64,000 bases of DNA from Bryobacteraceae bacterium (GCA_051000095.1 JBPCOQ010000128.1:53075-117074), one strand, 5' to 3'. Positions 9,470 through 19,102 are shown, counted from the stretch's first letter. The notes: generated from the letters alone by a model not told the origin. Translations and numbers: made by a program.

Positions 9470-10936
9470 ATGAGAATCTTACAGAGCCACGACCGCGAGG
9501 GAGTGTACGTCTTAATCGCCGCCACACTGCTTTTTCCAATCTTTGCCCTCGCTCAAGCGCCGCCGCCTGACACCGCACCGGGAGCTAAAGCGGCGCCCAT
9601 GAGCAAAATCGACCGCAAGCGTAAAGCTCCGGTCTCGAACGATGTTTTGCGCGTTCATCTGCCCAAAGCAAAGGAAATGACTCTGGACGATGGGCTGAAA
9701 ATCCTGCTGATTGAAGATCACCGGATGCCCACCGTAACAGTCAGCCTGGTAATTCCTGGGGCCGGCGGCATCTACGATCCACCGGATATGCCGGGACTCG
9801 CCAGCTTCACGGCCACTATGCTGAAAGAGGGAACAACCACTCGCAACAGTAAGCAGATCGCCGAGCAACTTGACCGGCTGGGCGCTTCCCTGTTCACCTC
9901 CGCGGGCTTTAACTCCCGTTCGGCGAGCATCAACATCTCCGGACTTAGCGATAACATGCCGGAGTGGATGGCGCTAGCGGCGGATATCATATTGAACCCG
10001 ACCTTTCCCGCCGATGAGTTAGCCAAGCTGAAGCAGCGCCAAAAGGCTCAACTGCAGCAGCAACGGTCGTCCCCGAGTTTCCTGGTGAACGAGCGGTTCA
10101 GCAAAGCCGTATTCGGCGATCATCCGGCCGCCAGGACCGCGCCGACTCTGGCTTCGATCGAGGCAACCACGCCGGAGATGCTTCAGAAATGGCACAAAGA
10201 ACGGTATGTGCCGCAGAACGCGATTCTGGGCGTAGCGGGCGATATCACGGCCGACGCTTTGATGAAGCAGTTGGCCAACCTGAAGTCCTGGGAGCGTACA
10301 GACTTTAAGGTCGCGCCCATCGCGGCGACCAAACCTGTTGCCGCCAAAAAGATCTATATTGTGGACCGGCCAGGATCTGTTCAGACCGAGGTGTATCTTG
10401 GCAACATCGCGGTCAGCCGCACCGACCCGGACTATATTCCGATGACGGTAATGAATCGCATTATCGGCGGAGGACCCGCTGCGCGTTTCTTCATTAATCT
10501 TCGCGAGGAGAAAGGCTATACGTACGGGGCGTATAGCCGTCTGGATGCGGGGCAGTGGGCGGGGCCGTGGATTGCCTTCGCGAGCATGCGGACCGATGCT
10601 ACCGAAGGCGCGATGACCGAGTTTCTGAAGGAGATCCGCAGAATTCGCGAAGAACCGGTCCCTGAGAGTGAACTGGAAGAAGACAAGCGCTCGGTGGTAG
10701 CATCGTTCGCGCTCTCGCTCGAGAGTCCCGCGGAGCTTTTAAGCTATGCCATGACCCAGAAGCTGTACGGCCTACCGGCCGACTACTGGGATACCTACCC
10801 GTCGAAGCTCACGCAGGTTACAGCCGAGCAGGTGCAGACGGAAGCCCGCAAATACCTGGATCCCGACCAATGCAGATCGTGGCGGTCGGCGATGCGAGCA
10901 AGATCAAGCCGGTCCTGGAGAAGCTTGGACCAGTAG
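9470..10936 (+). CDS. M16 family peptidase, second subunit (no HxxEH); the 3' end appears frameshifted
   Basis: M16 inactive-domain-like sequence. The last 25 aa (CRSWRSAMRARSS...) look out of frame, and the +1 frame 10870-10971 encodes MQIVAVGDASKIKPVLEKLGPVEVYDTQGKKLQ. Confidence 0.8.
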   Translation: MRILQSHDREGVYVLIAATLLFPIFALAQAPPPDTAPGAKAAPMSKIDRKRKAPVSNDVLRVHLPKAKEMTLDDGLKILLIEDHRMPTVTVSLVIPGAGGIYDPPDMPGLASFTATMLKEGTTTRNSKQIAEQLDRLGASLFTSAGFNSRSASINISGLSDNMPEWMALAADIILNPTFPADELAKLKQRQKAQLQQQRSSPSFLVNERFSKAVFGDHPAARTAPTLASIEATTPEMLQKWHKERYVPQNAILGVAGDITADALMKQLANLKSWERTDFKVAPIAATKPVAAKKIYIVDRPGSVQTEVYLGNIAVSRTDPDYIPMTVMNRIIGGGPAARFFINLREEKGYTYGAYSRLDAGQWAGPWIAFASMRTDATEGAMTEFLKEIRRIREEPVPESELEEDKRSVVASFALSLESPAELLSYAMTQKLYGLPADYWDTYPSKLTQVTAEQVQTEARKYLDPDQCRSWRSAMRARSSRSWRSLDQ

Positions 10937-10967
10937 AAGTGTACGACACCCAGGGCAAGAAGCTGCA

Positions 10968-10995
10968 GTAGCACAGGCATTCCTGCCTGTGTGGT
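10968..10995 (+). repeat. Type A REP-like hairpin (GTAG + cacaggca-ttcc-tgcctgtg)
   Basis: gtagcacaggcattcctgcctgtgtggt. The TAG of the alternative M16 frame lies inside the GTAG. Confidence 0.7.
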
Positions 10996-10998
10996 TCT

Positions 10999-13209
10999 TT
11001 GATGAAGACAGTCCTCAACTGTCTGTTCGGCTGGACCCTGACCACCGCAACAGCGTGGGCACTCGGCGTTTTCCTGTTACGCCGAATCAGCCTGCGGCTC
11101 CATCGATCCGAAGAGATCCTACTCGGGTTTCTAGCCGGCGTGCCCTGTCTGAGCGGCTTAATCTTCGCCTTGTGCGTCCTACACCTGATTCATAAAGGTG
11201 TTTTCCTGGCAGTAGCGATTGCGTCACTTCTCCTGGTTGCAAAAACGCGAAGCTGCATCCCGCCGGAAGCGCCGCTGGCACCCGTTCCGAAAATTTGGAA
11301 ATGGACCTTCGCCCTTGTTTTCGCGATCTTCGCTTTTCTCTATTTCATTAATGCACTCGCGCCCGAGATGAGCCCGGACGGCGCGGGTTACCACATTCCC
11401 ATAGCGGCCCATTACTATCGCGCGCATGGCTTCGAGCGAGCCACCTGGAACATGTACTTCAATCTGTCTCAGGGAATCGAACTGCTCTTCCTGATGGCAT
11501 TCTCGTTTGGTCGGCATTCCGCGGCGGCCCTGACGCACTTCAGCTTCCTGCTCGCCTTTCCGTTCCTGATAATCGCTTATGCGCGCCGGTTTGGCTTCGC
11601 TTCGGCAGGCGTCGCCGCGGCACTCATCGTCTTTGTAAGTCCGGTTGTCGGCAGGGACGGGTCCTGCGCGTATAATGACGTCGCTGTCACGGCAATTGTC
11701 TTTGGCATGTATTACTTTCTGCAGCTTTGGCATTCCGATAAAAACTGGCGGTTCCTGGTTCCAGCAGGCCTTTTAGCGGGATTCGCGTTCGCTGTGAAAT
11801 ACACAGCGGTTATGGCCGTTGTTTACGCAATCTTGTTCGTTGCGTGGAGTGCCCGGCGGCGAAATGTCCCTATTCTACGGCCAATTGCCTTAGTCGCGTC
11901 CCTCGCCTTCATCATGATCGCGCCTTGGCTAATCAAGAACTGGATATTCGTACGTAATCCAGTCGCGCCACTCGCGAACAGCTTGTTTCCCAATCCGTAC
12001 TTCCATATCTCAGCAGAACAAGATTTACGCGCCTACACGAAAATGTACGATCTGACAAGCTATCGGGAACTCCCTCTGGAATTAACAGTCCGTGGAGAAA
12101 AACTGGCTGGTCTATTCGGACCGGTTTTACTGCTGGCCCCGCTTGTGGTCTTCGCGTTACCGTATCCAGCCGGCCGCCAGTTATTGCTCGCAGCTCTTGT
12201 CCTCGGCAGTACTTACTTTAATAACATCGGCGCGCGTTTACTGATGCCTGTAATCCCATTTGTGTGTCTGGCTCTGACACTTGTACTTCAACGATTTCGT
12301 TGGGTCTTGTTCGGTTTGGCATTAGCGCAGGCGATTCTATGTTGGCCCTGGGTGCTGAAAACGTATTGCAGCCAGTATGCATGGCGGCTGGACAAGCTAC
12401 CGGTCGCCCAGGCCTTCAGGCGAGAATCCGAAGATCATTACATGGCGCGAACCTGGCCCGCCTATCACGTCGATCGCATGCTGGACGCGCAGATGCGCCC
12501 ATCCGATAAAGTGTTCTCCTTTGGGGGCATCCCGGAAGCGTACACGTCCCGGCAAATATTGGTCCAGGGGCAGGGCGCGCAGAACGAAGTGCTTGGCGAC
12601 ATGCTCGCGACTGCGCTAATCACGGACTTCCAGCCACGCCACCTTGTGGATTTCCATTTCCCCGAACAGCAACTTAGCCGGGTTCGCGTAGTGCAAACCG
12701 CGCGCCTCGCAACCGATCAATGGGATGTCTCGGAGTTCCGCGTTTTCAATAAGGGCCTGGAATTGGCTCGTGATCCGCATTGGCGGTTGCTGGCACATCC
12801 CAATCCGTGGGATGTGCAACTCGCTTTCGATAACGCCCCGGTAACAAGGTGGCGAAGCTGGCAAGCCGCGCAACCCGGCATGTTCCTCGAAATTGATTTT
12901 GGCGCGCCGCGGGCGGTCGATAGCGTTCGCATCGAGACTAGCGATCACGACCTGATCAAGATGCGGGTGGCGGGTATGAAACCGTCTGGAGGGTGGTTCG
13001 TTCTCAGCGATCAAGAGATCTGGAGTGAACATGCACTTACTCAGAATTTGAGGCGATCGGCAACCGAAGAGTTCACCAGACGCGGCGTGCGCTACCTTCT
13101 GATCGACTCATCGAACTACCGGGCGGACGATTTCTTCACGTACTCCGCCAATTGGGGCTTGAAGGAATTGGGACGGCCAGGCACGGCTCGCTTGTATCGC
13201 ATCGAGTAA
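10999..13209 (+). CDS. Polytopic membrane protein, GT-C/ArnT-PMT-like glycosyltransferase candidate with a C-terminal discoidin (F5/8 type C)-like domain
   Basis: About 12 hydrophobic segments in the first ~480 aa. The C-terminus WDVSEFRVFN...WRSWQAAQPGMFLEIDFGAPRAVDSVRIETSD resembles a discoidin domain. Confidence 0.5.
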   Translation: MMKTVLNCLFGWTLTTATAWALGVFLLRRISLRLHRSEEILLGFLAGVPCLSGLIFALCVLHLIHKGVFLAVAIASLLLVAKTRSCIPPEAPLAPVPKIWKWTFALVFAIFAFLYFINALAPEMSPDGAGYHIPIAAHYYRAHGFERATWNMYFNLSQGIELLFLMAFSFGRHSAAALTHFSFLLAFPFLIIAYARRFGFASAGVAAALIVFVSPVVGRDGSCAYNDVAVTAIVFGMYYFLQLWHSDKNWRFLVPAGLLAGFAFAVKYTAVMAVVYAILFVAWSARRRNVPILRPIALVASLAFIMIAPWLIKNWIFVRNPVAPLANSLFPNPYFHISAEQDLRAYTKMYDLTSYRELPLELTVRGEKLAGLFGPVLLLAPLVVFALPYPAGRQLLLAALVLGSTYFNNIGARLLMPVIPFVCLALTLVLQRFRWVLFGLALAQAILCWPWVLKTYCSQYAWRLDKLPVAQAFRRESEDHYMARTWPAYHVDRMLDAQMRPSDKVFSFGGIPEAYTSRQILVQGQGAQNEVLGDMLATALITDFQPRHLVDFHFPEQQLSRVRVVQTARLATDQWDVSEFRVFNKGLELARDPHWRLLAHPNPWDVQLAFDNAPVTRWRSWQAAQPGMFLEIDFGAPRAVDSVRIETSDHDLIKMRVAGMKPSGGWFVLSDQEIWSEHALTQNLRRSATEEFTRRGVRYLLIDSSNYRADDFFTYSANWGLKELGRPGTARLYRIE

Positions 13210-13211
13210 AC

Positions 13212-14654
13212 ATGATGTTCCGCAATCGGCGCTTGGCCTATTACGGCATTCCGATGCTGTTCTGCCTGACGGTGCATTTCATGGGACTGAGGACCTGGTT
13301 TTACCTGGACGATTTTGCGTGGCTGGGTCTGCGCCTGGAAGTGCATTCGTTTCGCGATCTGCTCGGGGTGCTATTTCGCCCGGAAGCGCAAGGGACGGTA
13401 CGCACCTTGAGTGAGCGGCTGTTTTTCCTGACCTTCTCCATCCTCTTCGGTCTGAACGCGCTTCCGTTCAAGATTTGGGTGTTTCTCACACAGTTTGCGA
13501 ACATCGCATTGCTGGCCCAGATCACCTGGCGGATCACCGGCTCGGCGCTGGCCGGCTTTCTTACCGCCCTACTCTGGACGGCAAATCCGGGCATGGCCAT
13601 TCCGCTCGCGTGGGTATCCGCTTATAATCAGATCGCTTTCAGTTTCTTCATTCTGCTGGCGTTTCGCTTATTTTTGGCATACATCGACACGGGAGAAGCC
13701 AAGTATTGGGTCTGGCAGTGGGTAGTGTTCCTTTTCGGCTTTGGATCTCTCGAGTTAAATGTCGTCTATCCAGTGATCGCGGCAGGCTATGCTCTTTGCT
13801 GTGCGCGTACATATCTTCGCAAAACGCTGTATCTCTTTATACCGTCCATAGCGTTCACGGCAGTACATTTCTTACTGATCTCGCGGCCAGACGCCGCGTC
13901 ATACAAAATGTATTTCGGCGGTAACTTATGGACGGCGCTCTGGCAGTATCTGTTGTTTGCGCTCGGTGCGGTGCGAACTTCCAAGATAGATTGGCGCCCC
14001 CTGTGGCTGGGAAGATCTGTCGCTGTCGCGGCGTTGTTACTAATCCTGTTCTTCGTGTTCAGAGCACTGTTTCGTCGTGAATATTTACCGTTGTTTGCAT
14101 TCGGGTGGTTTGTGGTGGTGCTCTTTCCGGTTCTGCCGCTCAAGAATCATTTCACCGACTACTACGTTACCGTTCCAGCAATTGGCTTGGCCATGCTAAG
14201 TGGCTGGGCGATTGCGAGCATACGCGGCCCGTCGATCGCGCCTGCCTGTCTGTTAGTAGCGGTCTATCTCGCGGTTGCTATCACCGATATCCACGCAGCG
14301 CAGAGGTTCTACTATAATAAAGCGCGGAAAATCAAACACCTGCTTACCGCCGTCACTTCCGTGCAGCGAGAGCATCCGGGCAAGACCATCCTGGTCGAGG
14401 GTGTCGATAACGATACTTACTGGCTGGGGTTCTATGGCGACCCGTTCCGCCTGATCGGCGTAAGCCGGATCTATCTCGTCCCAGGATCGGAAAAGGCGAT
14501 CGACCCACATCCCGAGATGGGCGGCATCTCGCGGTTCATGATCCCTCCGGAAGACCTGCTGCCGCTGCTCCGCAAACACGACGTGGTAGTGCTCGCGTTT
14601 GAGGGATCCAAAATCCGCGACGTAACGCAAGCCTACCAGGAAAGGCTAAGGTAA
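13212..14654 (+). CDS. Polytopic membrane protein (second GT-C-like candidate)
   Basis: Start MMFRNRR lies 3 nt after the previous stop. About 10 TM segments are followed by a soluble ~100-aa tail. No specific family was recognised. Confidence 0.45.
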   Translation: MMFRNRRLAYYGIPMLFCLTVHFMGLRTWFYLDDFAWLGLRLEVHSFRDLLGVLFRPEAQGTVRTLSERLFFLTFSILFGLNALPFKIWVFLTQFANIALLAQITWRITGSALAGFLTALLWTANPGMAIPLAWVSAYNQIAFSFFILLAFRLFLAYIDTGEAKYWVWQWVVFLFGFGSLELNVVYPVIAAGYALCCARTYLRKTLYLFIPSIAFTAVHFLLISRPDAASYKMYFGGNLWTALWQYLLFALGAVRTSKIDWRPLWLGRSVAVAALLLILFFVFRALFRREYLPLFAFGWFVVVLFPVLPLKNHFTDYYVTVPAIGLAMLSGWAIASIRGPSIAPACLLVAVYLAVAITDIHAAQRFYYNKARKIKHLLTAVTSVQREHPGKTILVEGVDNDTYWLGFYGDPFRLIGVSRIYLVPGSEKAIDPHPEMGGISRFMIPPEDLLPLLRKHDVVVLAFEGSKIRDVTQAYQERLR

Positions 14655-14667
14655 CTGTGGGACATGA

Positions 14668-14787
14668 GTGGGGTGGGCTTCAGCCCGCCTTCTGAAGCGC
14701 AGTCTGAAGGACCGCGCCACTCAGAATCAACACCTTAGCCGTGGGTTTCTAGAGCATGTCCCCGGCAGGCGAAACCGCCTACTCCAC
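14668..14787. repeat. Composite MITE-like element bounded by inverted GTGG-hairpin units
   Basis: Left unit gtggggtgggcttcagcccgcc and right unit ggcaggcgaaaccgcctactccac (inverted). The core tcagaatcaacaccttagccgtgggtttctagag is shared with 6131-6171. Confidence 0.55.
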
Positions 14788-15702
14788 TCAGCGAAGCTTT
14801 GGCCCGAGTCCCAGTTTGTTACCCAATTCTATCCATTTGGATTGCGAGGCAAGGCGTATCTCCCGTGCCAACAAGTCCGCGCGGTCCCGCTCTCTCGAAG
14901 CCTGGTCTTCAGCGGCCCGCCACAGATCGATGAGCTGAGCTTCTGCGCACCTATTCAGCACAAACGCTTCCTTGCGTGCAAGCAGCGGCTGAGATACATC
15001 GTGGTCGAAGAATATTCCTATCTCCGGAACGTTGTCATTCAGAAAATGGACCTCTCGAAATCCCGAAGCCAACAATTTCGCCCTCAGCTCCGTGATTCCA
15101 AACTCGCGCATCTCGAGCGTAGCGCCGCTACCGCCATGGAAGATCAGCTCATCTCTGACCGTCACAGTGCCGTCTTGCGCGCGATTGACGAGCAACGCTG
15201 ACTCACCCAACGGTACCACCCGAAACTCATGCAGGTCCGGAAAATGCTCACGCATCCGATCGTTCGGGTTACAGTACACCGTAACTACAAAGAAGCCCTG
15301 CGGCTTCAATAGTACGCACACTTCTGTCAGAGCGCGCTCTACCGGCGGCGCAATATGTTCGAGCACGTCAGCCGACAGGATGAAGTCATACGTTCCGGCC
15401 AATTGTTCATGCGCTTCCGTGAAGTCGAAACTGGGTTCCCGGTCGTAAAAGGTATTGGTATAGTCAAACTTCTCAGCAAGAATACTGGCGTACCCTTCTT
15501 TGTCAGTCATGCCGAGTCCGCGAATCGCTTTGAGTTTAGGGAACTCTGTCAAGTGCAGGCTTTTCCCAAATAACTCCGTTGACAGTAAGTGGATCAGTGC
15601 ACGTACCCGGACATTGGAGCCACAGGAGCAACTGGCGGGCTCCGTTGCGAAGTTCTCCACCTGGTTGTGAGCGCCGCATATGTTGCAAATGAACGAAACC
15701 AC
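14788..15702 (-). CDS. Class I SAM-dependent methyltransferase with an N-terminal zinc ribbon
   Basis: CNICGAHN...CSCGS (CxxC...CxC) followed by GLGMTD... and YDFILSADVLEHI, typical of the Methyltransf_11/23 type. Confidence 0.6.
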   Translation of the reverse strand: MVSFICNICGAHNQVENFATEPASCSCGSNVRVRALIHLLSTELFGKSLHLTEFPKLKAIRGLGMTDKEGYASILAEKFDYTNTFYDREPSFDFTEAHEQLAGTYDFILSADVLEHIAPPVERALTEVCVLLKPQGFFVVTVYCNPNDRMREHFPDLHEFRVVPLGESALLVNRAQDGTVTVRDELIFHGGSGATLEMREFGITELRAKLLASGFREVHFLNDNVPEIGIFFDHDVSQPLLARKEAFVLNRCAEAQLIDLWRAAEDQASRERDRADLLAREIRLASQSKWIELGNKLGLGPKLR

Positions 15703-15755
15703 GACGCTCTATTCTGGCATATGGCGGCGCTACGTGAAGCTAAACTGAATGAGGG

Positions 15756-16592
15756 ATGGCATTTGAATTCCGCCAGGCGATCTGCAATGAAGTGTACGGT
15801 ACCACGGGCTTCGCGGAAGTGTGCCGCGGCATCCGCCGTATCGGCTACGCTGGCATCGAGATTGCTCCGTTTACGCTGGCGGAAAGTCCCTCGGCCATTG
15901 ACGCCGGGCAGCGTAAGCGCTATCGCGAGATTATCCAAGCCGAGGGTCTCACGTTCGTCGGGTTGCATTGGCTGATGGTCTCGCCCAAAGGGCTGCATGT
16001 AACAACTCCCGATCCTGTTTTGCGGGAACGTAGCTGGCATCATATTCGAGATCTGATCGATCTCTGCGCCGACCTCGGCGACAACGGCGTCATGGTATTT
16101 GGCTCGCCAAAGCAGCGGGCCACCCAAGGCATCAGCCGTGAAGAGGCTACCCAAAACTTCGTTGCCGGTCTGGCTGGTGTCGCGAAGCACGCGGGTGACC
16201 GGGGCGTTACGATTCTGGTGGAAGCGCTTCCACTGAATCAATGCGATATCGTCAACAGTCTCGCGGAAGCGGTAACCGTTGTCGAGCAGATCGGGAGTCC
16301 GGCTGTTCGCACCATGTTCGACATACACAACGCGGTCGATGAAACCGAGCCTCACGCCGTTCTCGTAGACCGGTACTTCGAATACGTCCGGCATGTGCAC
16401 GTCAATGAGATGGATGGACGGCATCCCGGAACAGGTGACTACGATTTCAAGCCGGTCCTTCAAGTATTGCGGCGGCGCAACTACGCGCATTGGGTTTCGC
16501 TAGAGGCCTTCGACTTTACGCCCGGACCCGAGAAAATCGCCAGCGATTCACTACACTTCATAGAGAAGGAGATTCAGCAACTCGCCTTATGA
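15756..16592 (+). CDS. Sugar phosphate isomerase/epimerase (xylose isomerase-like TIM barrel)
   Basis: GYAGIEIAPFTL...GLHWLM...TILVEALP...FDIHN...HVHVNE pattern. Confidence 0.7.
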   Translation: MAFEFRQAICNEVYGTTGFAEVCRGIRRIGYAGIEIAPFTLAESPSAIDAGQRKRYREIIQAEGLTFVGLHWLMVSPKGLHVTTPDPVLRERSWHHIRDLIDLCADLGDNGVMVFGSPKQRATQGISREEATQNFVAGLAGVAKHAGDRGVTILVEALPLNQCDIVNSLAEAVTVVEQIGSPAVRTMFDIHNAVDETEPHAVLVDRYFEYVRHVHVNEMDGRHPGTGDYDFKPVLQVLRRRNYAHWVSLEAFDFTPGPEKIASDSLHFIEKEIQQLAL

Positions 16593-17548
16593 AGAGATTC
16601 GTCGTAACAGGGGGTGCAGGGTTCATTGGCTCTGCGTTGGTCCGGGCTTTGCTTGCGGAAGGTAACGGCGATGTCGTTGTCATCGATAATCTGCTGACCG
16701 GTCACGAACGCAACCTGGCTGAGGTGCAATCCCGAATCGAGATGTATCGCGTGGATATTCGGGACTATGATCGCATCGCGCCCATTCTGGCAGGCGCCGA
16801 TACTGTGTTCCATCTGGCTGCAATCCCGTCGGTGCCACGATCGATCCACGATCCCGTGCCGTCTCATGAGGTAAATCTGGATGGCTGCTTCAACGTGTTG
16901 CACGGCTGCGTGCAAGGAAAGGTGCGCCGCGTAGTGTACGCCGCTTCCTCGTCCGCGTACGGCGATACCGAGGTGTTGCCCAAAGTAGAAACGATGCGGC
17001 CCAGTCCCAAGTCGCCGTATGCGGTTCAAAAGCTGGTGGGCGAGCTTTACGCGAATACCTTCCATTCCTGTTATGGACTGGAAACGGTTTCGCTGCGCTT
17101 CTTCAACGTGTATGGCGAGCGGCAGGACCCCGGCAGTCCGTATTCGGGCGTGATTTCCGTGTTCATGAAGGCGCTGCTTGAAGGCACGCGGCCCACGATC
17201 CATGGTGACGGCGAGCAGTCTCGCGACTTCACCTATGTCGAGGACGTGGTGGCGCTCTGTCTGAAAGCTGCAAGTGCACCCAACGTTTCGGGCAACATGT
17301 ATAACGCGGGGAATGGCAATCGGTACACGCTGAATGAAGTTTGGCGGCAGTTGCAAGAGATCGAGGGCGTCAGTCTGCCCGCGAAGTACGGTCCCTCCCG
17401 GGAGGGGGATGTGCGCCATTCACAAGCCGGCGCCTCGGCGGCGCGCAGCGAGTTAGGCCACGACCCGCAGTACACTCTGGAGCAAGGCTTGCGAAGAACC
17501 CTGGCCTGGTACCGTAGCACAGGCATTCCTGCCTGTGTTGCACTTTGA
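16589..17548 (+). CDS. NAD-dependent sugar nucleotide epimerase/dehydratase (extended SDR)
   Basis: MKRFVVTGGAGFIGS, catalytic SPYAVQK (YxxxK), and an ATGA overlap with the previous gene. The last 11 codons and the stop lie inside a REP element. Confidence 0.85.
   Translation: MKRFVVTGGAGFIGSALVRALLAEGNGDVVVIDNLLTGHERNLAEVQSRIEMYRVDIRDYDRIAPILAGADTVFHLAAIPSVPRSIHDPVPSHEVNLDGCFNVLHGCVQGKVRRVVYAASSSAYGDTEVLPKVETMRPSPKSPYAVQKLVGELYANTFHSCYGLETVSLRFFNVYGERQDPGSPYSGVISVFMKALLEGTRPTIHGDGEQSRDFTYVEDVVALCLKAASAPNVSGNMYNAGNGNRYTLNEVWRQLQEIEGVSLPAKYGPSREGDVRHSQAGASAARSELGHDPQYTLEQGLRRTLAWYRSTGIPACVAL
17514..17546 (+). repeat. Type A REP-like hairpin
   Basis: gtagcacaggcattcctgcctgtgttgcactttga, between convergent genes. 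Confidence 0.7.
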
Positions 17549-17557
17549 TAAAGAATG

Positions 17558-19102
17558 TCATTTGACCGTCGGATAAGTGATTCCGAGTTGCTCCAGATAC
17601 GTCTTGTATTTCGCCGGATCGTAATAGTATTTCTTCAGCTCGGGTGTAAACTTCCCCATCTTCTCTTTATTCAACTCGATTGCAGGCTGATCGCTGGGGC
17701 TGATGAGCGGCTGGTATTTTATATCTTTCGTCTGAACGTTACGAAAATAATCCCAGGCCTGCGTCACCAGCTCCGGGCGTAACAGAAAATCCAGCGCGGT
17801 CGCCACTTGAACTTTCGCGCCCGCCGTCGAGCCCTTGTGCGCGATCGGAGTCGCCATCGCAACGGCATTCGGCCAACTGTGCCCAGGCAGGTTCGGGATA
17901 TTGGCAGGGTATCGCAAGTAGACGGTTGGCACGTTCCATGCGATGTCGCCGATGTCGTCCGACCCGCCACCGCGAGGTTGCTTGGGCGGCGTGAGCGGCT
18001 TCACCTGATGACTCAATCCCTCCACCTTGGCCCCGATGTCTTTCTGCAGAGCCTTGGCGAGCGCCTGGTCGTTGTCGCTCCATTCTGGCATGCCAACCAT
18101 CTCCATATTCTTCTGCTCTACCTCGGCAATCACCTTATTGAAATGCGGAGGCCAGGCGGAGCCCAGCACCCGTTGCGTCACGGTTGTTCCCGTCATCATT
18201 GCGGCGGCGTTAGCGAATGTATTCCCAAATTCGTGGAGTTCCTTGATATGTGGATAATCCAACTCGCGGAAGTAATACCAGACGGAGGCTTCGGATGGGA
18301 CGACGTTCGGCTGGTCGCCGCCATTCACGATCACATAGTGCGAGCGCTGCTCCGGCCGCAGATGCTCGCGCTTGAAATTCCAAGCCACGTCCATCAATTC
18401 CACCGCGTCCAGAGCGCTCTTCCCCTGCCAGGGAGCTCCGGCCGCATGCGCCGCCACTCCGTGAAACGAGTACAGCACGGAGACCAGGCCGCTACTGATG
18501 TCGCTCACGCCATAGTTGGTCGCAAACTCGTGGCCCACGTGACATCCCAGCACCAGGTCGACATCCTTGAATAGCCCGGCTCGCACATAGAACGCTTTTG
18601 TGGCGACCAGTTCTTCCGCCACTCCCGGATACAGTCGAAGCGTGCCCGGAATGTGGTATTTATTCATGAGATTCTTCAGCACCAGCGCGGCCGTAACATT
18701 CACGGCCTGTCCCGAGTTGTGCCCTTCGCCATGCCCCGGCGCTCCTTCGATAATGGGAGCGTGATAAGCCACGCCTGGCTTCTGCGAGGCTCGTGGAATC
18801 CCATCGATGTCGGTCATAAACCCGATCACCGGCTTGCCCGACCCGTAGCTCGCAATCCAAGCTGTCGGAATGCCCGCCACTCCACGCTGCACGGCGAACC
18901 CGTTCTTCTCGAGAACGCCGGTCAGATACCGCGAAGTTTCAATTTCCTGAAATCCCAACTCGCTAAAACTGAAGATCTGATCCACCATCTGCTGCGTCAT
19001 GGTGCGCAGTTGATCGACTCCGGCGATACCCTCCTTCTTCAACTCATCGAGAGGCTGAGCGAATACAAGAGCAGGCGCGATTAGCAACACCAGGAGTTTC
19101 AT
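17558..19102 (-). CDS. Secreted M20-family amidohydrolase (AbgB-like)
   Basis: Signal MKLLVLLIAPALVFA, then GFMTDIDGIP...GHGEGHNSG...GCHVGHE, in 514 aa. Confidence 0.75.
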   Translation of the reverse strand: MKLLVLLIAPALVFAQPLDELKKEGIAGVDQLRTMTQQMVDQIFSFSELGFQEIETSRYLTGVLEKNGFAVQRGVAGIPTAWIASYGSGKPVIGFMTDIDGIPRASQKPGVAYHAPIIEGAPGHGEGHNSGQAVNVTAALVLKNLMNKYHIPGTLRLYPGVAEELVATKAFYVRAGLFKDVDLVLGCHVGHEFATNYGVSDISSGLVSVLYSFHGVAAHAAGAPWQGKSALDAVELMDVAWNFKREHLRPEQRSHYVIVNGGDQPNVVPSEASVWYYFRELDYPHIKELHEFGNTFANAAAMMTGTTVTQRVLGSAWPPHFNKVIAEVEQKNMEMVGMPEWSDNDQALAKALQKDIGAKVEGLSHQVKPLTPPKQPRGGGSDDIGDIAWNVPTVYLRYPANIPNLPGHSWPNAVAMATPIAHKGSTAGAKVQVATALDFLLRPELVTQAWDYFRNVQTKDIKYQPLISPSDQPAIELNKEKMGKFTPELKKYYYDPAKYKTYLEQLGITYPTVK

